From positions 800,001 to 864,000 of the forward strand of contig CBDBCZ010000017.1 of assembly GCA_965203295.1 (NCBI GenBank): a DNA stretch of 64,000 bases, written 5' to 3'. Shown piece after piece: positions 30,781-45,659 of this stretch (position 1 is the stretch's first letter; each line of letters starts with the position of its first letter). The notes under the pieces were generated by a model. It worked only from the letters and a program-made list of their open reading frames with translations. It had not been told where the DNA came from and made no database searches. A program made the position numbers and the translations under genes. The stretch is from Nitrospirales bacterium. Lineage in GTDB: Bacteria > Nitrospirota > Nitrospiria > Nitrospirales > UBA8639.

Positions 30781-32764
30781 GTGTACCAGTCTAGGGATGC
30801 ACAGACAATTTGAAAACAGTGGATACTACACTCGAGACAATAACCTGCAGTGTGCTGAGTTGAGCAGCTACACATACATTTACCGACCGTAACCAATAGA
30901 TACATGTACACGAAATAGACACTTGTTTGGTTATTGCTTCCCTGTTTTGGTGCATGTGCATCTATTTCAAAGACACTGTACATTTGTGCTTCCATTTAAG
31001 TACCTGTATGCTTTCAAGAGACTAGACAACTTCCCTCATTACCTAACAAGCCAGTTTATGTATACATACATATACAGTGAGGAGTGTAAGTCGAGAAGTG
31101 TGACATGCATCTACATGTACATGTATGAGACTAAGCATGCACAGCGAAACCCCTCTTAAAGGACACCCCCCGAAAAAAGTGTATTAACAAAATTAAGGAC
31201 ACTTTACTACATGTATGTCTCCAAATATGCTTTCTCAATATAAATTTACCCCTGAAATGAGGACACCTCTCTATACAGGACACCCCACCAGATCCCCAAG
31301 GTGTCTACATTAGAGCTGTTCCTCTGTGTGGCTGGTAGGCAGTCTGTAAGCTGATCAACGGCCATTAACATACATGCAGGGTTCTGTCCACACTGGTCGG
31401 CAGTGGTCGGGTCTAACCATCACTGAGCTTTTATGACCACCACTCAGCTAATGTTTAACTCGATTTACAGCATTTTTAATATGGGAGAAAGTTCATTTAG
31501 CTATATAGAAGTGTCTTGGAGATTGAATTTTGACCACCACTCAACGCCTCCTAGGCAGAACCCTGTACATGTACGTGTAGATAGGGTCTATGCTGTTAGT
31601 TAGCCACCTCCAAATATTCACTCAATGTGAGCCTGGTACCAAGATCCGGGATTCTAGGTAGGTGATCCTGACAACCCCAATCTCGGCCTCCGAAAGGAAT
31701 CTGAACGTTGAGACTATTAAAGACTTACGTCAATTTGTTTCTCCAGTTTCGTCTACCCTTAAAATAACTGCTCGATAACAACGTAATTCTTCTATAGCCC
31801 TAATAAAGTCTTCAGTCCTTTCTAGACTAAATAAATAATAGATCAACAGAAAAAAAAAACACGGCACGGTGAATATATACTTAAAACTAATGAAAAATAT
31901 GTCACCTAACCCTGGCCTTAACCCTACCCTAAACTTCGCAGAAGCCTAATTCTTGCGGTGCTGTTTATTTCAGTTGGCCCTAAATATTATTCAAACCAAT
32001 TTTGGAAGTTGAGGCAGACTCATATCCCAGGGCCCATGGACTATCCTATGGCACAAATTTTATTAGCATAGGCGGACTATAATCCAGCGCGATTCAGTGC
32101 CAAAACTTTATGACACAAAACAGGCTCGAGTAGCATTACATTTAACCGCCTGGCACCGTTGCTAGCGGCGCTAGACCCGTACACTGCTTACCAGGGTGTG
32201 AAGAAAACTTCTGTCTCTGCGCACCAAAAATGGAACGTCCTCTACGCGATGATGTCATCAACTTTGGGGGAGTGGTATCAAATAATTGTAGCTCCACCCC
32301 TTTTTAATAACTAATATTATAATAATGACGTCATCGGTTAAGCAATCGGTTTTGTCCGTCTGCTGTCGTCGTCGTCGTATTCTTGCATGAGTGCGCATGC
32401 GCGTACGGTGCATCGCCTGTGTAAGTTGAAGAGAGACGGTTTGCGGATTTTCTGCGACGGTGCTTGAGAGTGATTTCGAATATCTAGGTGCACGGGTCAT
32501 GAAGGAGCATTGCGGCCGAGAATGTGACGGCAGTTGATGATATATTACCATGCACGCTGGAACATCCAAGAGAGGTGAGTATTGTTGTATAGAAGTTAAA
32601 CGGCTGTTAGCTACTTGCTGGTGTGTTTGTTCAAAAAAATAACAGGTGTACGAAACGAGTATCCAACTTCGACTGCTGCGCAGATCTTCATAAATTTTTA
32701 ACTAATACTGACATATCATTGTGCATGCACATGTGTGTGGCAGCTATTTTGTCTGCTGTTTTAA

Positions 32765-33696
32765 GGTAGGAAGAGCCTCACCTCCGAATCCGCGTAATTC
32801 TCTCATGAATAATTAATGAGATGACGTCACTCACGTGGTGTTAATTAGATTCATTGATATGTTTGCATTTTCCCATGGCGGCAACCGGAATCAACAGGAG
32901 GGGTGTGTCACTTTGATGTGGATAGCGGCTCTTTCATATGCAATTTCGGCACTTTGATGGGGTTGAGCGGTACTCTGATGTTGGCTTTCAACACTTTTTT
33001 TTTTTTTAAAAAAAGAAGATATGACATCATAGAATTGCGAGTAGGCTTTTTGTGTCAGAATAGCTAGCTAGTGTGTTGTAGAAAGTTTGTTAGGCTGCCC
33101 GAGTGGCTGGAAGTCAGCCAGACTGACGGACAGTGGCAGGTTTTTGCCCATCTCAGGTAGGTTTAGAATAGTGACCTTTCGGGTCTGTAGGCCCCGCTAA
33201 TTAGTTCAAAAATCTGTGGAGATTTATAGAGAGAGCTTTGGTGGGTGGTTCTCAGAAACCGAGGGGTGAATGAAAAATCCCATACCTAAATTTTTTGTGA
33301 GTAGATTGAAGTTTATAAGGCAGGGCTCGAATTCGTCGGGGGAAGGTGGGCGGTTGCCGAATTTTTTTGAAAGTCAGGATAGCGAAAATGAGGGTTTTGG
33401 GGTGGTTGGATGCGTTCAGGGCTGTTAAACTGGCTTTGCAGCATTCCTGTGAAAAAGCATACCTACGTTTGTAGCCTGTCCTCTGTAGGTACTGGTGATG
33501 TTGCCAGACTGTGGGTGGGGCTCTGGCAGATTCCCAAATTTTTCGTTGTTTTAAGCAACCCGAAATTGCGTTTTTGTGGATTATTTAGCAGGGGGTGTGG
33601 TTAGATGCAAAATTTCTGTCAATTCGAGGTAGACTTTCATGTTCTCAACAAAGCCATGCATTTGAATCGTGGATTCCAGGTGAGGCACTTCCTACC
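32765..33696. mobile_element. Kolobok-like non-autonomous element, copy 1
   Basis: TTAA|ggtaggaagagcctcacct ... aggtgaggcacttcctacc|TTAA. Confidence 0.8.
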
Positions 33697-33734
33697 TTAA
33701 GGGAGGCTTGGATGGTCTCTGGTCATAAATTTAA

Positions 33735-34707
<973 letters not shown>

Positions 34708-36289
34708 TTAATCAAGTAAGGAGTTGTGTCCAAAAAAAAAGTGCTGCATGGCTTGGAGAGGATGCAGGTATGTGACCCAATTAATTAGTGGCTTCCCACC
34801 TCCAGACTTTTGTCTAGTCACCTCCCTAATTGTGAGAACTAAATTTATGGGTTTGCCTGTAAACTCTGACCCCACACAGCCTTTATTGCACCCATGGAAG
34901 TTCATGCCATTCATTGCCTGGTGTTTTTCACCAAAGGTTTGTGGAACACACTCGAACATGCCCTGTAGGCATGTTTCCCTCTGCATCTCGACTGCATCAC
35001 AGTTGTACGAGGATGTTCGGTGTCGACTGAGTTTGTTTTAGATACCTTCCACCATGGGCTCTCTTTGTGGTGGCACCATCGCATGCGCAGCATCTATTGC
35101 TGGCAGTCAAATCTGATACGAAATATCTGAAGTAGAATATCCATGACTTATACAGGGGTTTTCAAATCTGATATGAAATATCTGAAGTAGATTACCATAA
35201 ACATTAAATGGCCATAGCGCAGCATGAGGCATGGTTTTAACCATGTCATTGACTTGATGCAGGAGTTTTCAAATCCGATATGGAGGTACCATAAACATTT
35301 CCACCTTCTCCTCCTCCATTACCTCTTTCCTTCTTCTTTTCTCCTCATGCACCATGGCTATGTAGTTCTTCCCCATAGTTGATCTTTTGAGTTTATCTGG
35401 TGTGTCTGTACGGAAGGGGTGAGTGTTTTTCAGACGGCCATCTTTCATAAGTTTGCACATACCTTCTGAGAATTCGCAGTCTTGCATTTGTCTTTTCCTC
35501 GGTGTGCTAGTCCGTATTTCACCACACTCAGACTAGCAAATAAATTGAAAGGACAAATTTACAACATGCATGCCGTAGGTGACAATACCGAGACAATGCA
35601 CATAATTATGCCAGGACATACCTTCTCCCCGGGCTTCCACCCCAGCTTCCCCTGAACTTTCACAAATCCCGGCACAGTGGCCGGCACACTGCTATTGGCA
35701 GAGTTCGAGCTAGTCATGTCTGCGATCACGACCACATCAACGCCAACACCTCGAATTCTCCATGGAGCTCCGGCCGGCCACGCGATGCCACGCGTCGCGT
35801 ACACTGCGCGCACGCATGCGCTGCTTGCCAAGAACAGCACGTGACCACTCCATCAGCGACTCCTTGCTCACAGCCGCCTCTCACCAACCTTTCTGGATTG
35901 ACATGAGTTGCGAGCTATATGCACTAGGTTGCTAAGGTGCCAGAGTGACACCCGGGTGCGGAGACATGGGTCTGATGACAGCCCCGCCCACTGCCTGCCT
36001 GCTAAGCGGTCCCCGACGTGGCACAAGCCTAAGCCCTGGATCCAGGGAAGACAATAACGAAAGGGAACGTGTCCGGATCATCAAGAGGGTCAACTGGACT
36101 TGACGGACCGCGAACCTAACCCTACCCTAATTCTCGCGCCTAACAATTTTTCGCGGACTGTCAAGTCCAGTTGACCCGGCTTCAGTCTTAGCTTACCTGT
36201 TTTGTTTTGTAGTTCTTTGCAGTCTCTACTTAGAGTTTAGCATTGCTTACACATAGCTCAGGCATAGATAATATACGTATATTATTTAT

Positions 36290-36595
36290 CTCACTATAGT
36301 CTACTGTCACGTGGTAGATGCTCAACAAAGTGCTTTGGCTGTTGAAAGAACATGGTGTGCACACATGCTATGCACTTTTCCCCACTGTGATGGTCAATTT
36401 TCAGCACAAAAGTTGAGGCCTGAATGTAGAGCCTCCATGTGGCTAAGTCAGTAGCACTACTGTCGTTGGCAGATGCTAAATGTTCCATAATCACATCACA
36501 TGGAGGTAGCACTTTTCATTTCTATCCGTAGACAGAGCGAGCGAGTTCAAAAAGCACAAGTAGTTGCACGAGCGAAGCGAGCGCAACTACTTGTA
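36290..36595. repeat. Dispersed repeat ending in a 3' hairpin (copy at ~51960-52226)
   Basis: Both copies end acaagta(g/c)ttgc(a/g)c-gagcgaagcga-gcgcaa(c/g)tacttgt. Confidence 0.6.
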
Positions 36596-37605
36596 TGACT
36601 TATGCAGTCTTGACCACCCTGTCCGCTTGGCCCAGAGGGACCTGCAGCTCCAGGGGTTCCAGCTTCTCTTTACACTTACCGGTGTCAAATTGTGGCTGAT
36701 TTCATCATCCTAGCGGGTGCGTGGTCCACCTGATAAAGAACAGGAGGAATAACACAATAAAAGAACAAATGGCATTTACAGGCCTATAAGTTGATTTGCA
36801 GGCTGCTATAAAGTGAGTCCACCTCACCACCTGGAAGCGTACAAGGAGTGATGCAATCTTTCAGTTCATAACTTTAGTGAAGACGCGGGCTGTGGCTTTG
36901 ATGTTATCTTTACGCTGGGATTTTTCTTGGCCAGGAAGTTTAACGAGTAGGCTTAAAAGAAGGATTTATATTAGCAATGCCATTGTGGACAGAAACGTAA
37001 GTTTATCGAGACACCCTCCGACCTGCACACGAACAGGCCTCTGGACACCCTAGCTGTATGGCAGAGGGTAGAGGGACTGCTAGCGTTCAATGTTCTTTGA
37101 AGCTCCTTGGGTTCAAGTGGGCTCATCTGAAGCAGTGGTTTGAGTGGGTCATCTGAATACTGTAGAAGAGAAAATAAAATTAAGGCTTTGCTAATCAGTG
37201 TGCTTGTGTGTTTTTTGTCCTTTGTCCTATTGCCTGTGACTATTTCATGTTCAACTGATAAAAATTGCTAGCGGTGCCTAGCTGGCTTGGTAAAAAAAAA
37301 AACTGAACAAAAACTAATCATAGTAGACATGAAAAAAAGCAACGTACATGTATCAGTAGTTATTATTATTGAAAGAATGACTTAGGCTAGACCAAGGCAG
37401 CATTTGGCAATAAGCAATAACAAGAATACATAATACATGTACATATAATAGTACTAGTGCATAGAACAAATGAGTAGTAGTTATGACTCTGCGAATGAGC
37501 ATCAGGTAAACACCAAAATGTGCGTGTGCTGTAAAGTGTAGACTGTTTATCAGCCAGGCCACATCCATCTAATAAATACTTTTCCATTGGTGACTATACT
37601 GTCAT

Positions 37606-39154
37606 TCATACTGTCCCACATGCTTCAAATTCGGGAATTAAAATATTGGAACTGTTTGTACTCCTATTGCATATGACCAGTTCATGATCGGCTGGTAAGT
37701 GTATATCGCTGGCGGAGATAACACTCTGTTTAAAGTTATTATTCAACGTATATGTACGGTTTCTTTGCCTCTGTCGGAAAAAATGGCCAGCTAAGGTGAT
37801 TATACTGGCTCCACAGATAACAATACTGGTAAGTAATGTTGCTCCAACAATCCAAACCAATCTTGGAACTTTGTAGGGTTCAGTGCTATTGCTTGGGGTT
37901 TCAGCGACAGGTGATGGGGAACTATAGCAGGTCCCAAAACTGAGTACGGTGCAGTCATGCTGTGCAGTTGGGTGAGGTGTAGGCACATCAGGTGTGGTTG
38001 TCACTAGAAGAAATGAAAAGAAATCCTCCTAGAATAGGACACTGGTTTAGTACATAGGTGTTGTATGCTATATAGTGCTCTGAAAATGAAAATATCCATA
38101 GGTTAGCTTTCTACATGCACAAGTGTTGAATAAAGCTCTTGGCAAAAGCACCTGCATGGACATGCAGAACTAATGCCTGTATTGAAGAAAAAGGTTTAGC
38201 ATTAAAACTCGCATGCATAACCATTTTAATGATGAATGCTATATTGCCATGCATGTGCAAATGAAACACATAGATATGCACTGAAGGTAATGGAATTCAG
38301 CGCTACTTTCTGGTGGCTAACATGCACAATTTATATCTATCATATAAGTTAACTCACCAAAGTTTACAAATATTTGAGGTACCACAGCATAGATTGTGGT
38401 CGCCATCTGTGCACACTCAGATATTTCACATAACTGCGTATGCTCTGAAGTTGAATAGTCGTACATATCCACAACATCTGAGGATTCGTTACTGAATGTA
38501 GCATTCGTGAAAGCAATTCCAAGGGGCGCAAGAGATGATGAATGAAATGGAGCAGTGAAGAATCCTACAACATCACCTGGCTGAAAATGTATCCGATTTT
38601 CTCTACCCATTTTTTGCCGAAACTCGAAATAACCTATATTAGAATCTGTGGTACTTGTGACGATAGTGTCGAGTTCATGTGGAGAGAAAACAAGGTAGTC
38701 ATCACCAACACAGTGGTAGCTAGCCTTTTCATCCCTTCTCCAAGTTTGAAAGTGTACAGCATGTGATAGTAACTTGAATCGTGTGTCCACAACAGCTACG
38801 GCACTCCAGTTTGTAATGTATCCGTAACAGGTAAACTTCATCCCAGGGATTATGACTTGATGGCCTAGTGAGGATCCAACTACATGCTCCACATGCTGTA
38901 GCCCTTTCTTCTTAAAGCTTGCTTGCTTACTCAGGCCTGTGATGCAAGTGTCTGTCTGTCCTGAAGCTGCAAGAAAAGTATAATGGAAATAACTTTAGAC
39001 GCAACGGACGTCCCAATGCCACTTAACAAAAACAGTACACACAGAGTACTTGTACGGACATGACTAAACAGCTCCTCTTACTGTAAAAGTGATCATATAG
39101 GTAATACAGAAGTAGTGCTAAGTTTGAGACATTAGAGGTCCACTCTATGTGCAT
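37606..39154 (-). CDS. Putative type I membrane protein, 3 exons, ~359 aa
   Basis: Exons 39154-39082 (tentative), 38966-38358, 38003-37606, with phase-1 joins. Cys-containing ectodomain (QVIIPGMKFTCYGYITNW), Thr/Pro stalk, TM LVWIVGATLLTSIVICGASIITLAGHFF, then RQRQRNR stop-transfer. Confidence 0.7.
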
Positions 39155-42100
39155 CCAATAGCCATAAAGCTGCAGTAAATGCTCCACTAAATATATTACA
39201 TACTTGCCTATATATAGGCCTGCAGATTAACCTTTAATTTCACCCACTGTAAAAGGTATGGGCCCTTTGGTTCACAGGTATACAATTTCTTTCATCTTTT
39301 CCCTTGTATATATATGAGGACTCAAATAAACCAAAAAATACTCCAAAAGCTGTTGAACATGTAACGAGAAAGAAGACAGTTCACAGTGCTATATTCGTTC
39401 TGCGCCTGCATTACTCTTCCAGCCATTTTACATACTGTTTAGAAGGTGTGGCCTGTAATTGAATCAAGGATAGCTGGTTAGGTGCATTCTTTATTCCGTC
39501 ACAGAAAAATAATTGAGGGGTTAGAACCTAAACGTAAAGGAACTTGAAGACTGTTCAACTTGGAAAACTAACACAGATCTATTGCAACCTGCTATAAGTA
39601 AGGGTTATATCAGTTGTGGTAAGGCTGGTCTAGGTCCATTTATTGAATCTATATACTACTGCATGTCATGTTGTGCTAGCCTGCATGAGAATAGGCCTTT
39701 CTTTATTTTCTTTCAATCAGCTAAATTGAACCAGTGACAAATTTGAATGTGACAAATCTCTGCTTCTTGATGTAATCAACTTGAACACACCAGCATGCTA
39801 AAAGTTAGCTGCACTAAATTTACTTCAACGAAGTCCTCACCATAATGTATCACAATGAGTAAGAGGTGAACAGCAAGCAGACATGCAGCCATTTCAGTTC
39901 TCTCGATACACAGTAGTCATAGACAATGGAATAGCATATACGGCATATGACATCATGAACATATGATCATTGGCACATTGAGAGCACAATGTCGTACTAC
40001 AAACACTACAACATCAGTGCTTATGCAGCCACTGATGAACTACTTGTGTAGTAACTGGTTTACACTGGAATTTACAGATGCATGAATTTCATCTGATTGT
40101 CAAGTTTTCAGTAATATTATCTGCCAGCAAGCTTAAGCTTAACTAGGAATACGCAAGCGAAATATGCCTCGCGTAGCTTTTTTTGCATTATTTGTGGCAG
40201 GTTGGGTATTGGTGAATTGTGGTGCATGCATGGTAGTGTTAGGTGGCTTGAGTATATTTATTATGCGAGTGGAGTATGCATGCATTCGCACTGGGGTGTA
40301 ATTGGTATCTAGGGCATTGGGGTTATGGTTGAGTGCTCACATGTCATGTAGATCTGTGTACCTATCTGCTAATAATATGATATCTACTGTGTGTTCGTGT
40401 ATTGGCGTGTAGCAGCTGCATGAGTATGCATTGTGCATTGCATGAGTATGTTCATTGTATACAATGGCAGTTAGCTAGTTACTTTATCTGGCATGCTGGC
40501 TTGAAATACCGTTGCTTATTACGTTGTGGGGAAAGTTGAGCCTGGTACACGCTGTTCGCGCATACGCAAGAATTTACGGAAAAGAGTCAGTAAACGTATC
40601 CGTGAATGACCTCAGCCACGTGGTAAGGAGTAGTACGGAGCAGCATAGTAAGCGGAAGAGTTAGAAACTAGCTCATTCTGTCCTCCAACCTCAGAAAGCT
40701 TTAAAACCAGTTTAAAAATAGCAATAAGACCTGTACCTTTCTATCCGCTAGGATTATGGTATATGTCTTAGCGGAAAAATTCTGAAGCGCCTCCCTTTTG
40801 GTAGTGACTCGATTTTCGATCGCATATCTCAGCTTACAGTAAAGCTACACAAACTCTACAAACCTGGGAGCTGTAGTAAGTCTCCCTTGATAAAACTTCA
40901 TGACAAATTTGTCCAGACCTCTGACTTTGTGCCCGCCACGACTTCGAAGACGGCACCCAACAAACTGCCAGATACGCCATTTTGAACACGTGCCTTGCGG
41001 AGGTGCGAGCAAACTTTATAGAAATATAGATATATATATACATATTTGTACCATAATGCACCTCTACATGAAAGGCACCGCCCAGGGTATATCAGCCATA
41101 CACCCTAGCGGCTTGTTTGAACTGTCAATATACCCTAGGGTATATGGTTGCCAGGCAACTAATGCTTCTCCATTAGCGCTTGTCATAACTAACAGGTTTG
41201 TAATTGTATTATGGTACAAGTCACCTGTACCATGGGTTTCTAGGGTGTATGGGTTTGTACTCTTCGTGCAGTTATATGTATTCCCTCGGGCTGCGCCCTC
41301 GGGAATACATATAACTGCCCTCAGAGTACAAATCCCATACACCCTAGAAACCCATGGTACAACTATTACATAGATATATATATAGATATATATATACATA
41401 TATATAAACGCTAGCTGAGAATGTTGAGCCCATAGCACGCGATTATTGGCCTCGCTGCGCTCGGCAATTAGTAAGCAGATGTAGCAGGAAATGTTCATAC
41501 GCATATTCATATGAACACAACTTTGACTATGATTAGAAGATTTCTCTAGAGTAGTCCATACTGACAGACAATGACGACGACAACTGCAGACAAAGGATTG
41601 AAAGATTGTTAGTTGTCCATGTAGTGCAGTACAGTTTTAGCACCCCGGTCCATTGCAATCATCGTATGGCTTCTGCTATGATCTAAGGGGCCGACCTTAG
41701 TCTGAAGGAAAGGACCAGCTTGTATTAGAAGTGGGTATTCCGGAACATACCTAAGAACAAGTTATCGGCCTTCTGGTCTGAGGTAAAAGGGGTTCTTGAT
41801 GTCAACTTTCATCATTAGGGCTGAGGCTTTGCCATCAGCTTGTATAGGCAAAAAGGAAGGATTGCTAGTTGTCCATGTATTGCAGTACAGTTTGGCACCC
41901 TGGTCCATTGCCATCATTGTATGGCTTCTGCTATGCAATTGAAGATGTAAGGGGCCGACCTTAGTCCAGGATCAGCTTGTAATAGTAGTGGGTATTTCGG
42001 AACATACGTAAGAGCGAGCTATCGATCACCTAGTCTGATTACAGAAGCAAGAGGTGTTCTTAAGCTTGATGTCAACCTTCAACTTTAGATAATATAATTC

Positions 42101-42691
42101 TTTGCCATAAGGTGGATGTGGTTTGTAGGAATGTTCTAGGGCAGGGGCATGTCCCCCCCTCAGAATTGCTAAACAAATTCCGTGCTTCGCGTGGTTGCAT
42201 TGCCCTGCCCTATGTACCTGTGCACAAGCAACTACCCTACTCTGGCTACGCCACTGTCAATTTATGTAATGAAATCAATATGTAGGGGAAGACTTTACTT
42301 ACCAATCTAGCCTGCTTAACAAAGTCTTTCAAATTTTTGGCCTGCTGGCTGAAAAAGGAACCAGTACACTTGTATAGGGAATTAGGCTACCTAAATTGAC
42401 CCCGACAAATTTGCATATATAATAGACGTATAAAAATGAATTACAATGCAGTCGACCAAAATATATTTGGTTGATGGCTTTTGCAGTTTGTACAGGTTCA
42501 TATACGTGTACATGTACAGTAGCAGTCACCTGTTCAAAAATATGAACAAAACAGGGAAATACATGATGTTGTGTATTGTTATAAGAACATTTTATAATCA
42601 TGTGGAGGACTGTTGTGTTCTAAACAGGCTGAGCAAGCACCATGCGGTCGACATTCGAACCCTGAAGTGCACCCCAACATTGCTGCGAAAG

Positions 42692-43744
42692 CTATACAAA
42701 TGCCTGCCACGGGAGGGCAGCTATTCCAAACAATACTATAGTAGCAGTCAGTGCGTACATGATCCATCTCAAGGGTAGCTCCCCCTGAAATAAATTAAAA
42801 GCAAGGAGAGCGGAAACAGTTTTTGAAGTTGCAGGCCAAATGCTAAAAATGGCAACAGCCGTAACCACAACTATAATCTGTAGTAAGTATGCCGCTCTAG
42901 AGTTTTGCGAAGCCACTGCAATGAGAATTGGGAAAACTATCTTCATGGCAAACGGCACCGCATGGAAAACACCCACGGCTATTCCAAATCCTCGAAAGAA
43001 AGCTGCTCCTTGGAACTGGTAGCACACCACTTCGGGCTCTTCCTCACGAGACGCAAACTGAAGGCAGTCCACGTATTCACTTGAATTGATGTCAAAGCAG
43101 GCATAGTTTGCATCCTCCGGATTTAGGTCGCTACAGCTGAAGGTTTTACTGTACAGAGCATTGTCCCAAAACACTACAATAGAGAGACAAGTGGCCAGAA
43201 TCAATACTGTCAGGAAATACACATACACCCACACTTTGTAGCGAGTCTTCTGAGGCTCCATTCTTCCAGCAAATAGCATGACGTCTGCAGACTTCTTCCT
43301 GACTTGTGCAGATGTGGGTGGTATGATAGCTTCTTCCGTGTCATGGGAAGAAGAGTCCCCTGTTGTTTTCAGGTTCTCTTCCCCGTCTGAGTGTATCGGT
43401 GATTCTGCAGATTTCAAGGTTTGTAGAGTCTGCTGTATTTGCAGTACCATCTTTCGTAGGACTCCAGTTTCTTCTGCTACAGTGTCTAATCCATGGTTGG
43501 TGTCAGCTTCAACTGCTTGTAGCTTAGCAGTACCTGTAAACACAGTTACGACTGCAAAACGACACACAGCGTAGCAGCTGCGTTTAAAGGTCATCCACCG
43601 AGAGGTGGCATTGCTGTGCTTCATGTAGCCAGTGAGCAAACAGGAGCTCAGCAGTACGAGTGGCAGCACCAGCCACAGAGGGATGAGAGGAATCAGATCC
43701 CAGAGCAAAAAGCTCTTCCGATTCATTGAAACCACAGAACCCAT
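42692..43744 (-). CDS. Single-exon multi-pass membrane protein, ~350 aa, unknown family
   Basis: First ATG at 43744. About 5-6 hydrophobic helices and a 4-Cys loop (CSDLNPEDANYACF...DC...VVCY). Confidence 0.75.
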   Translation of the reverse strand: MGSVVSMNRKSFLLWDLIPLIPLWLVLPLVLLSSCLLTGYMKHSNATSRWMTFKRSCYAVCRFAVVTVFTGTAKLQAVEADTNHGLDTVAEETGVLRKMVLQIQQTLQTLKSAESPIHSDGEENLKTTGDSSSHDTEEAIIPPTSAQVRKKSADVMLFAGRMEPQKTRYKVWVYVYFLTVLILATCLSIVVFWDNALYSKTFSCSDLNPEDANYACFDINSSEYVDCLQFASREEEPEVVCYQFQGAAFFRGFGIAVGVFHAVPFAMKIVFPILIAVASQNSRAAYLLQIIVVVTAVAIFSIWPATSKTVSALLAFNLFQGELPLRWIMYALTATIVLFGIAALPWQAFV

Positions 43745-44444
43745 TGCAGCTTTGAACTTCAAAAAAAACGTTTCCACACACTTGAAAGTAGCTACTGGCA
43801 GTGAACATACCCTCAAGCTCAATATTTTGTCTACTTTTAGGTGTCAGGTATGAGTTTGTTACTCGTGTGGTGTCTTCTAGGTTGTTTTTCTAATGGTAGC
43901 TGCCTTTGTAGATAGCAATCAGCATTGCTGCTCTGACCCCACCTTCTCTTTGAGTGACCATATATGGCTGACCCTTTATAAAGGGTGGAAGCAGCGTTCT
44001 GTCTAGACCTTTGTGTAAAGGATCATCAAAGCACAAACTATTATAGGCTTTTTACTGTATAGGTGCCAACAACATATAATCAGCTGTACATGTGTGAGTA
44101 AGTTTCATAGCTATTGTAGTTCATGTAATCTACACAGCTGTGAAGCAGGAATGCGGCAGACCAGAGCATATAGAAGTATTGTAGGTGGGCTTTAAATGGA
44201 TGAACACACGGTGGAGGGAGTCTTGTGCATGCATAATCCTAGTCATAAACTGGTGTGTAGCTTATTGGTAAGCTTCCACTGGAAAGTGCTCATTAATTAA
44301 TCACTATATTGCATGAACAAATGTTTTGGAATGGGGACCATTTCATAAACAAATTAAAAGTGAAACATTACAACAGTACATACATGTACATAATGGTTAT
44401 AATGTATTATCAACAGCTGAGGTAGGCTATATAGTAGTCAGTAG

Positions 44445-45659
44445 CTACTGAACGTAGAGTTCGATAACTTCAAGAGGCGTGTCTTCGCGGTTCCTGATCA
44501 TACCCTCTACCAATTGCCTGCCTAGTCGGAAGAAAGCACACAACCTCACGTCTATGTCATCAGTGGTGGGCTCAATCTCTCTTCTGAAGTAGGGAGGAGC
44601 GTTGAACTGGCAGCAAGTATTACCCGGCCCGCAACCCTCACCGTCCCACAGTGGGTCCTCAAAGTGAGTTCGGTTTTCTGGGTCAATGAGCTGGCTTGCG
44701 GTATCGCAGAAGAAATCTCTCCCGACATACGGGGGCACTAGTGGCAGTGGCCCTGGTGGTGTTGCTCCAGATATGCAGGGACAGGTTCTGTTCGGACTCT
44801 GGCTCTCACTCTTAGCTGCTGCAAACGTCCAGATATGGGTACGATCTCCGCACTGTCCGTGGGTGATGCTGACTCCATCGACGTACTCATCATCAATAGT
44901 GACATCGCCCACACCGGCCGGAGGATTATCAAGCTGAGCCTCATTGTAGAGCTTGAAAGCATCTGGTGCTTCGCGTTGGTACCCAATAACTCTACCGCAC
45001 ACACGAGAGTACTCCACACCTTGCACGCCATAGGGTACAGAAGCACAGCCTGGCTCCCTGCGGTTTTCAACTCGGGTGCACAATCTCCTAGAGCTGTTTG
45101 TTGGTGATGAGATTGTTATCAAGGGGGAGGGGCAGGTGTTGCATTGGGTATTGTTCATGTCGAGATTGGCCACCCTCATCCACCCCCTTGAGCCGCCGCA
45201 CCTAGTATCATTATGGACCTCCATATCGCAGTAGACCAGCACAGCATCACCAACGGTACCATCGGATGGGTTGTTTCGGATCCAGTAGTGACCAGAGTCT
45301 GCACAGGAGGTGCAGGTCTCGGCCAGATCCCGGCAGGAGTCTGCGGGATTCTCGGCTGTTCCGATACTGCAGCACGGCAGTGGAAGATTGTCCGTTTCAA
45401 AGGTGGTGCACGGGCATTCCGTTAAAGGGCATCGAGGGGTGTCGCAGCAATTGCATGTGACATTCGGCGTGGCGTTTTCTATAAGGTATCCCAACTTGCG
45501 TATGATTTTTCTCTGTGAAAATAGAATTTCTCTTGTGCACGAACACGGTTCCCTTCCGACTGTAGTGCACTCCAGGTACCGCTGGTTGTAGTAGGCATTG
45601 GCAGTGGTGAATAGGACATCGCTCGAAGCCACGAGGATTAGAAGTGCAGCAAACAGCAT
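44445..45659 (-). CDS. Secreted Cys-rich protein, ~404 aa, with a fibrinogen/intelectin-N-like module
   Basis: Signal peptide MLFAALLILVASSDVLFTTANA. Motif NPADSCRDL...SGHYWIR...VYCDME...GWMRVANLDM. Single exon, with TATAAA at 45757-45752. Confidence 0.8.
   Translation of the reverse strand: MLFAALLILVASSDVLFTTANAYYNQRYLECTTVGREPCSCTREILFSQRKIIRKLGYLIENATPNVTCNCCDTPRCPLTECPCTTFETDNLPLPCCSIGTAENPADSCRDLAETCTSCADSGHYWIRNNPSDGTVGDAVLVYCDMEVHNDTRCGGSRGWMRVANLDMNNTQCNTCPSPLITISSPTNSSRRLCTRVENRREPGCASVPYGVQGVEYSRVCGRVIGYQREAPDAFKLYNEAQLDNPPAGVGDVTIDDEYVDGVSITHGQCGDRTHIWTFAAAKSESQSPNRTCPCISGATPPGPLPLVPPYVGRDFFCDTASQLIDPENRTHFEDPLWDGEGCGPGNTCCQFNAPPYFRREIEPTTDDIDVRLCAFFRLGRQLVEGMIRNREDTPLEVIELYVQ

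Noticed and set aside
40834..41510. ORFs of 148-157 aa on both strands
   Set aside because: They overlap a palindromic dispersed repeat shared with 18705-19065.
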